A stretch of DNA of 64,000 nt from Mytilus edulis (lineage: Eukaryota): contig NC_092348.1 in assembly GCF_963676685.1 (NCBI RefSeq), positions 56,792,001-56,856,000 of the forward strand. Direction: 5' to 3'. Below, one piece after another: positions 56,001 to 64,000 of the stretch. How positions within the stretch are numbered: position 1 is the first letter of the stretch; each line of letters opens with the position of its first letter. A program made the position numbers and the translations under genes. Below the pieces are notes generated by a model. The model ran no database searches. It saw only the letters and a list, made by a program, of their open reading frames with translations, and was not told the DNA's origin.

Positions 56001-59000
56001 ATTCCATATACAGTAGACCTATTACATACAGTATCAGAAAAAAACAGACCAAAACAAAAACTATAACCATTGAACCATAAAAAATGATGTCAAGGTCAGA
56101 CGACACCTACCATTTGGAGATTTTCACCTTTAAATTCTTCCATACACTAAATATACTAAACCTATTGCTTATAAGTTATAGTATCTGAGTTACTTGACCA
56201 CCAAAACTGAACCTTGTTCACTGATCAAGGTCAATTGAATACCGTTTGACAGACATAAAGACCTTACAAGGTACCCACATACAAATATCCTATAACTCAT
56301 AAAATGAGAGAGAAATTAACATTACAAAAAATCTTAACTTTTTTCAAGTAGCCACTGAACCATGATAATGAGGTCAAGGACAATGGACATGTGACAGACG
56401 GAAACTTCGTTTTAAAACGCATCTATATAAAAAATATTAAGCATCCAGGTCTTCCACCTACTAAAATATAAAGCTTTTAAAAAAAATAGTTGACGCCGCC
56501 GCCGTCGCTATCGGATCACTATCCTAATGTAGAGCTTTCTGCGAAAAAAGTAGGAGGCTCTAAGAAAAAAAACCCAGTGGCGGATCCAGAACTTTTCATA
56601 AGGGGGTCCGCTCCACCCATGCTTCAGTGATTCCCTATATATTCAACCAACCTTTTTCCACGAAAGGGGAGGCCAAGCCCCGTGGATCCACCTATGAAAT
56701 GAGGAGTGGATGTAAGCAGTTATAAGAAACGGTACGGCATTAAACTATGAGAAAACCCATACCGTAAAATCTGCTATAAAAAAATTATCTCAAATTGAAA
56801 ATTTTTAAATAGTTCAAATGAGAAAACTAACGGCCTTATTTGAAACAGAACAATTTACGAAAAACAATTATGACAGACATCTACAAAGGGAACGACTGAA
56901 CTATACGGGCTCCAGACTTGGAACATGCACATAAAGAATATGGCAGGGTTAAACATGTGCCGGAGCGTTCAACCCTCCCCTGACCTTGGATAGAAGTGTA
57001 ACAACACAACAAAAGAACACACTATAAAAATTAATTGAAAATGTCTTTACTCATCAGATCGATACAAAGACCTTTTTCGCTTAGTTTAAAATCATCTCCA
57101 TGATCAGAAAAAAAATGTAACACGAGTAGTTTCCAAAGTTTGCTACTTTTCGATTTTGAGTCATCCAAGCATTTTACGTACATTTTGTACATTGTGTTTT
57201 TGCATTCCCACTCTTTAGAACTTGAACGCAGCTGATGAATGAACACTTGCCTTTATTGCATTCATTGGGGGAAGACTATTTGATATTCTAGGGGAGTTGT
57301 GGAGGTTTTTGGACATGCATAATCTGACCTGGTAATGACAGAAAAATAAATTTGACCAATATAGGATGAAAACTAACAGTCTGTACCACAAAATGTAAGA
57401 AAAAGGCCACAATACCCCCCCTCCCCAAATAAATAAAATGGTCGTCTCCTAACATTTGAAATGATTAGATACATAGTTTATGATTCTCGCTTTTTAACAA
57501 CTGAATTTTAAGCGATTTTAAGATAATGTGATATACTGTTAATTAATTTCTGATTTTGTAATATATCTTACTTTAGTTTTAGCCTGGGGTCCTGGTTAAT
57601 CTTGTCAGTACGACGCGCAGCTAGATTGGGCCGGATCCCAGGCTAACTTTAGTTTGAGTACTTACTTGGTGCTTTTCTGAAGTCATATGGAGCCCCACGT
57701 ACAGTTTTATTTCGAACGTAACCCCACTTAACCATATTCTGTACTATCATTGCATAGTAACCAACTACTAAAAAATAAAACGAAATTATATTATTTACAC
57801 GTAAGAATGAGCATCTAGCTGAAAGCATTTATACTCATATACATGATTAGCATTGCGAAATTCTAAAGTTTGAACTGGTGGAAAATCTGTTAAAAGGCGG
57901 GAAGGTGTAACTCGTCAAAGTTTTTGCCCCAAATCGGTGTTTTAATGAGAAAAAGACAGAATTTGCAATTTTGAATCCTAGTATCGTATTTTCAATTTTT
58001 GTTTCATTTATTTTGTTAAGTATATAGTGGATCATTCGAGAGAGAGTAAATGTCTTTTTTCTGAGGTGTATACAAACATGTTTTAATCTTGCAATTTAAA
58101 AATTAAGACATATAATTTATGTATTGCTAGAGTCTTAATGTCTACTTACATTTCTTAGAAATGTGAAAATCCGTTAGCCACTCGACACTTTCCGTATCTC
58201 CAAATCCTGTTACCCGTATGTCAACTCCGTCAGGATAACTGGTTGTGTGTGTCTTGTTGTTATATATAAGTCTGTAAAATGTTATTTACATACTAGCTTT
58301 TGTTGTTATATAAAAGTGAGTGTTATTTGTATGTAAGCATTAATTGTCAGGTGAGGATACAGAACATTTTCGGTAAAAAAAGGGGGGTCAAGTGAGTATC
58401 GCAGTAGAACATAATTTCTTACGGTCATTTTTTGTCTTTAAAACTGAAATTTTGATGTGGTTAACCTTTGAAACAAAATGTTACAGTAGATGAGAATATA
58501 CATGAAGCTCTACTATGATAAAATCTTTTCCGAATACTTTTTAATGGGATTACTACACGTGGAAAACATAATAAGATAAACAAAACAAAAACAAAATCTT
58601 AGCTGTCTATTTATAAATTGTACGACTTTTTTTTTTAAATCTTTAAGATTGGTAGAATATGTTTTTCTTCACATAATTACTATATAGATCAAATAATATA
58701 CATTTTTTGTACATTTCATTTACTTATTTTTGAGAAGAAAGTCTGACAATAAATTGAATTGATGAATCGAAACTTAAAAACAAGTAATAATATGACCGAT
58801 CATAATTTGCCGCGGCATACAACTTCCTAAATACTGAAAAACTCCAATGATTCTTTCTCAATAAAATATTAATAATAATACCTGAAGTTTGAAATAAAGC
58901 AATCCGTCGCTTCTGGAGTCAGGACACTAAATATTCGTACCCACATGGTATAAAAATGCTTAGTTACTTTGGTGCAGGTAACATGAGGACCATGCGATGG

Positions 59001-59760
59001 TTTGTCCAATTTTCCTTCTATTCGAGTGCCTCCATCACCAGGAACTGAATAAATTAGAAGAAAAATGTTCATGCATGGTTCTCCGAGTTTGAAACTGATA
59101 AATTCTGTCTAACTATATTATCCCTTTGCGCACAACACCATGAATATAATTTAAAGTTAACCCAGACTTACTATAAATCCCTTCATTGCATGGGTGAATT
59201 TGACGTTAAATTTTCTTTTCTACCAAAATCCATACGTTTTATACTATCTATTAGCTATAAATTCTTTCATACAATTTTTTTTTTTTTACTTCTGACTAAA
59301 GGCTAACCCGATTGCGTATTTGCTAAATAATATTGTTAAAAAGTGAAATAAAACATACTTTTATTCTTAATTCTAGATACCCAAAAGTAACGACACAAAG
59401 CCTTTTGTCCTCTTTCAAATGTAGATTTGGAAAGGATTTCCTTGAAAAAAGGGGGTGTTATATGCCATTAACTGAGGGTTTTTTTTGTGTCCTTTGCATA
59501 TTCTTCGTTTCTAAGATTCTATATTAGTTTATCTTTATATATACTTTAAATCGTGTAAAAAATATGAAGTTATACTTTAGATCATTGAACCGCGGATAAA
59601 GGAACAGTCAGTAACCAATTTGCAATTTTACCGTTAGTAATGCAAGTTCTAAATATAGTTATATATAGTTACCTAGTATAACAGGAGGCAGTTGTTTACC
59701 ATAGTTCCCATCAATAACAATAAACAAAAGTATCCACGAGATGACAAAAGCTGCATCCAT
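41049..59760 (-). CDS. PLA2G15: Group XV phospholipase A2 / LCAT-family, copy B; exons 59673-59760, 58882-59044, 58150-58271, 57666-57764, 42231-42458, 41049-41563; 404 aa; intron 4 is 15.2 kb
   Basis: Exon sizes (88/163/122/99/228/515) and phases match copy A. Motifs PGDGG, RGAPYDFRKAP, GHSLG, DGDHTV and HLDML are present. Joining exon 4 to exon 5 across 15.2 kb is inferred from complementarity and phase. Confidence 0.85.
43754..44810 (+). repeat. Interspersed repeat (HINE/Helentron-associated-like) with internal ~160-bp units; a second, 5'-truncated copy lies at 55701-56560
   Basis: Repeated gaaaatgaggtcaagg…aatatagttgacctattgctt units; both copies end …gccgccgcc…ggatcactat…gagctttctgcga…aggctc. 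Confidence 0.65.
45918..46107. mobile_element. Tc1/mariner-like MITE remnant
   Basis: gattcattattattcgttggatacc at the left end and ggtacccacgaaaataaatgaatccacagta at the right end, with a CAGTA terminus. Confidence 0.55.
47156..54886 (+). CDS. Uncharacterised ~1260-aa charged, low-complexity protein (coiled coil, internal repeats, SxIP and LPPI motifs), nested antisense in PLA2G15-B intron 4; exons 47156-47158, 47304-47356, 51160-54886
   Basis: Uninterrupted 1228-aa ORF. The acceptor at 51159 and upstream exons join in frame (M/FDDMVVDQDYQDEEMFSQ/SEQKEK…). A probable non-coding first exon ends at the donor 46574 (gaag|gtaagt). AATAAA at ~55050. Confidence 0.8.
48971..51137. repeat. 53-bp minisatellite (48971-49211 and 50793-51137) interrupted by a TIR element
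   Basis: Unit ttgacctatcattttaaaagggtatatatgtattcaaatattacatacaacaa, near-identical copies with period 53. Confidence 0.92.
49212..50792. mobile_element. Non-autonomous DNA transposon with CCCAAAC…GTTTGGG termini and many AACAAATC subterminal repeats
   Basis: Inserted into one minisatellite unit, which rejoins after removing an ATAT duplication (or TA, if the TIR starts one base earlier). Contains a 130-bp tandem duplication at 49243-49500. Confidence 0.8.
55633..55700 (+). repeat. Degenerate interstitial telomeric (TTAGGG)n tract
   Basis: ttagggttagtgttagggttaggattaggttagggtaagtgttatggttaggttagagttagggttag. Confidence 0.8.
57580..57645. mobile_element. 66-bp MITE with TAGCCTGG…CCAGGCTA termini and a 10-bp target-site duplication
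   Basis: actttagttt occurs at 57570-57579 and 57646-57655; the element is largely self-complementary. Confidence 0.75.
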
Positions 59761-60163
59761 GATTTAGATACATGTAAATGTATGGGCACATAGGAAAATA
59801 AATACACAATCACTTCCTTGTTACATAATATAATGAGACATTGAATTTTAAATGGGATAAAAATAACCCACTTTTAACTTCAATTGAGGAAGTTTTTAGA
59901 ATAATTTATAAGTATGTCGATTTCATTTTGTATAACAATCAAGCATAGATTTTTTATTTCGTTATGCTTATAAAATACATAAGCAAGTATCCGTATTTGG
60001 TAAATCTAAATTTTTTATAAAATTGGCTGAAATTTTTGTTTTCGAAAAACTGATATTATACTGTAATTGATGGACGTTACTACAATGAATCATAGTACAT
60101 ATACTCATATTTAAGGAAACGGAAGTTCAAACTTCATACATTTGTATACATTTTCTGATCTAA

Positions 60164-60333
60164 ATAATTAAGAATTGAATGCTCTTTTTTGTAAATTTAT
60201 TGGGGTGTAAAAGCGTTGACCGAAGTACATTTTGTATGAAGCGCGGAAGCGCTTCATACTTAAAATGTGCGCACGGTCAACGCTTTTACAACCCTATAAA
60301 GTTACAAAAAAAAGCATTCAATACTTATAATTA
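60164..60333. repeat. Long palindrome (MITE-like)
   Basis: Arms tgtaaaagcgttgaccg…tatgaagcgc / gcgcttcata…cggtcaacgcttttaca. Confidence 0.75.
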
Positions 60334-60852
60334 CATTTTTACCTATTGGATCATGAAAACACGCCTTTTATCAAGTTTTTATTTTATTTACCTGTGCACT
60401 TTATTGTAGGACCTCGTGTCATCATGAATGAGAAGTTTTATTGAGTGATACAACTGCTTAAGGAATAACACATGATGTGCAGTTAGCCAATCAGAATAAC
60501 GTATTGTAATGAAACATACATCTAATGTAATTATATGGTATTGTCCGGAGATACATGAGATAAGGACGGACGTCGTTCCAGCAAAGCACCGCGGCTGATA
60601 CTATTTTTGAAAGTTCCCATTTTGCAATACCCTATGTCTGAAATAAGGGTATACATCTTAAATATATCGACTGCTGTAGTATTTATTTTTAGTCAACAAG
60701 TTTTTAAAAACTAGTTCAATTCTAGAAATTACTATGTATACACAAGAAGAGGGGATGGGTTCAAACCATATGTCCCCATTCAAAAGGATGATCAAAATAA
60801 AAAAGTTTTTCACCCCGGACCCGCTTTGGATCCGCAAATCTTAATGATACAT

Positions 60853-61001
60853 AGACAATAACAGTGCATTGACTTGACATATCAACGATATAAGGATGAG
60901 GCTTAGAAACGGGGAAATGCGAGGCTCGGTCGAGCTTTTTCCACGTTTCGAGCCGAATCCTTATATCGTTGATATGTCAAGTCAATGCACTTTTATTGTC
61001 T
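60853..61001. repeat. Long palindrome (MITE-like)
   Basis: Arms agtgcattgacttgacatatcaacgatataaggat / atccttatatcgttgatatgtcaagtcaatgcact. Confidence 0.8.
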
Positions 61002-62499
61002 TTATACTGCAATCTAAAAAAAAAACATTTGCAATTGTTGTTTAATGTGTTACCTGTAATGTCATCATTGATTTAAATATTGGGAAACTTCCCCCTTTTA
61101 TAAAAAGGCCTCATATCATGCAGGCGGAGAAATAAGCAACACGATGACATGTACATTACCTGTTGAAATTCGCAATCGATGGTGAACGAATTTGTTTAAG
61201 AATGAACAAAAATATAATGATTTATAGTTTGCAGAGCAAAAATATTAACAAGTGAAATATGTTTTTTTTTAATAAAAATTGCAAAAGAAGTAAGTTTGAG
61301 TCGTTGTATACATTGAAAATAAGAACAGGTTGAATAGGTCGTATGTATAAGTAATTATAATCTCGGCAATTTATATTTAAATATTCATGAGGAAAAGTGA
61401 TATCATGTTAGTGACTGTATATGACATAGAAATATACGGTCCACGCATGTTGACTGCTCAAATAGAACGCGTGCAGTATAATTATAGATTATCGTTGGTT
61501 ATCTCAACAAGATTGCTTTTCTCGGCTGAGCCGGTCTCTTTATCGCTATTTTACCTATGACAACGTTGTCAATTTTATGTCAATTTCATTAGCAACGCCA
61601 CGTGGCTCCTTAGTTTCTAGCGATAATTTTCCATCTCAAGCGAGTAGCATGATATGAAAAATTATCACAAAAAAAAAGAAGGAAAAATGCACAAAACAGC
61701 GATAAAAAACATTATTAACTCATCATGTACAATTTCTTACACGCACACACATAATCCATCATGTTTGCTGATGAGCAGGAACATATCTCATTGTAAGAAC
61801 CTAGTAACCTGACCATTAGCAGCCAACAATGTATTCAGCACGTAGTGTACCGATTTTAAAATCTCACAAATCGATATTATTAAAATCAAGCTACATGTAT
61901 GTAAGAAACAAAAACTGAAAGATTCGAATGAACTGCAAAAGAAGGGAAACCTGGTATTGAGTGTCTCCTGCACAGAATGCACCAAAAGCCGTACAAGTCA
62001 TATACTAGACGGATACATATTCTAGATGCATCCATAAGATCGAAATTGCTCTCAATTTGACGGACCCTTTATAGTAATTGTTGAACTATGTGGTTGTAGA
62101 ACTAACGATACCAGAGCGAGGACGATCCATATTAAATACATCGAAATTCATAAACATAAGTTGGAGCGGCAAGCACCTTCTATCTCTAAATGACAAAATA
62201 TCCCTTTTATAGTAGAAATTATGTACATCAATCGATTTCTTATTACTCAAACTCAATTTGCCCCCATCAAATCACCAATTGATACCGGCAAATCTTCAAA
62301 TATCTTATTCTCAGAGGCACGCTTCCCCTTTGGACAAGGATTTTCGATCCTACATTAATTCCCCACATCACATTTAAGTATGGTAGCTAATTTATGCGAA
62401 ATTTTGCATAATATTAAAAAAGAGAGAAAAAGAATACACCTGGAAACATGCAAATTTCATATCACAGAGAAATTCGAAATTCGACTTTTTTCGATTGCA

Positions 62500-64000
62500 A
62501 ACTATAACCAGATGCTCCGCAGGGCGCAGCTTTATACGACCGCAGAGGTTGAACCCTGAACGGTTGGGGCAAGTATGGACACAACATTCAAGCTGGATTC
62601 AGCTCTAAATTTGGATTGTGATTAAATAGTTGACACAGCATAGGTTTCTGACACAGAATGAATGTGGTCTAATGAACTTAAAAAAAATATGTTTGCCTTT
62701 GAACAATTCACTATGCTGTTGAATATTAATCCTCTCAAAAAAATGTTTGAAGAAATTTTCTTTTTATTTATGAAATCTGAAATGAAAAAAATTGACCCCC
62801 CAATTTTTTTTTCACATCCCCCTTTCCCTTATTTCAAAACTGATCTCAATTCAAATTTCTAATGAAGTTTGCAACAATAACTACTCATTTAAATACATCA
62901 TAAAATATTAAAATGTAAAAAAAGTGCTTGTTATTACTGAATGGTAAAGATTGTTTTAATCTATCAGTTGGTAGTAAAAGTGAATATACATTGTATATTG
63001 TATAAAACAATGATTTAAGTTGATTCAACTACTATTCTGGACAAAGAAAGATAACTCCAATTGAAATCCAATTGGAATTTCTTGCTATTGCACAATATTG
63101 TGCAATTAGATATTTCTTGCTATTGTGCAATACTGTGCAATTGAAAATATTTGCTATTGCACAATACTGTGCAATTGAAGATTTCTTGCTATTGCACAAT
63201 ACTGTTAATTGAAGATTTCTTGCTATTGCTGAATACTGTGCAATTGAAAATATCTTGCTATTGCACAATACTTAATATAATAATTTTGGATCCTGATTTG
63301 GACCAACTTGAAAACTGGGCCCATAATCAAAAATCTAAGTACATGTTTAGATTCAGCATATCAAAGAGGCCCAAGAATTCAATTTTTGTTAAAATCAAAT
63401 TTAGTTTAATTTTGGACCCTTTGGACTTTAATGTAGACCAATTTTAAAACGGGACCAAAAATTAAGAATCTACATACACAGTTAGATTTGGCATATCAAA
63501 GAACCCCAATTATTCAATTTTTGATGAAATCAAACAAAGTTTAATTTTGGACCCCGATTTGGACCAACTTGAAAACTGGGCCAATAATAAAAAATCTAAG
63601 TACATTTTTAGATTCAGCATATCAAAGAACCCCAAGGATTCAATTTTTGTTAAAATCAAACTAAGTTTAATTTTGGACCCTTTGGACCTTAATGTAGACC
63701 AATTTGAAAACGGGACCAAAAATTAAGAATCTACATACACAGTTAGATTCGGCATATCAAAGAACCCCAATTATTCAATTTTTTATGAAATCAAACAAAG
63801 TTTAATTTTGGACCCTTTGGGCCCTTTATTCCTAAACTGTTGGGACCAAAACTCCCAAAATCAATACCAACCTTCCTTTTGTGGTCATAAACATTGTGTT
63901 TAAATTTCATTGATTTCTATTTACTTAAACTAAAGTTATTGTGCAAAAACCAAGAATAATGCTTATTTGGGCCCTTTTTTGGCCCCTAATTCCTAAACTG
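62500..64000. repeat. Large interspersed repeat with internal 32-bp (63078-63270) and ~80/240-bp (63280-63830) tandem arrays; runs off the window
   Basis: Starts aaccagatgctccgcagggcgcagc; units ttcttgctattgcacaatactgtgcaattgaa and ttttggaccc…gcatatcaaagaaccccaa. Confidence 0.75.

Larger units (their letters stand above)
43375..56696. mobile_element. Putative 13.3-kb composite insertion bounded by two copies of a ~120-bp MITE (43375-43493 and 56575-56696), with AAATG direct repeats
   Basis: Both MITEs begin cagtggcggatccagaact. The right copy ends ggatccacctatg. AAATG lies at 43370-43374 and 56697-56701. The two flanks are consecutive halves of one repeat. Confidence 0.6.

Noticed and set aside
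17625-59760. CBASS-like pairing of a cGAS-like enzyme with a phospholipase effector
   Set aside because: The phospholipases are signal-peptide-bearing LCAT/PLA2G15 alpha/beta hydrolases, not patatin/CapV. They are luminal or secreted, lie >10 kb away, and nothing indicates co-regulation, so adjacency is probably coincidental.

Overview
AT-rich, repeat-dense eukaryotic genomic DNA with spliceosomal introns; the repeat families resemble bivalve DNA, probably a Mytilus mussel (inference). Genes reconstructed by hand: a 4-exon FABP (-); a FAM217-like gene (+); two tandem single-coding-exon cGAS-like receptor (cGLR/Mab-21) genes (-), both ending in a transmembrane tail anchor, one intact and one carrying two frameshifts; two tandem 6-exon PLA2G15/LCAT-family phospholipases (-); and a ~1260-aa SxIP-rich orphan gene (+) nested antisense in the 15.2-kb intron 4 of the second phospholipase. 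Three observations stand out. (1) A Penelope-like (Naiad-type) reverse transcriptase has an in-frame TGA at a normally conserved Cys and a well-formed SECIS hairpin in its 3' UTR, the signature of a selenoprotein-encoding retrotransposon. (2) The cGLRs are tail-anchored. (3) The nested gene lies in a 13.3-kb block bounded by two copies of one MITE, flanked by an AAATG duplication and splitting an older repeat, which suggests a composite gene-carrying mobile unit.
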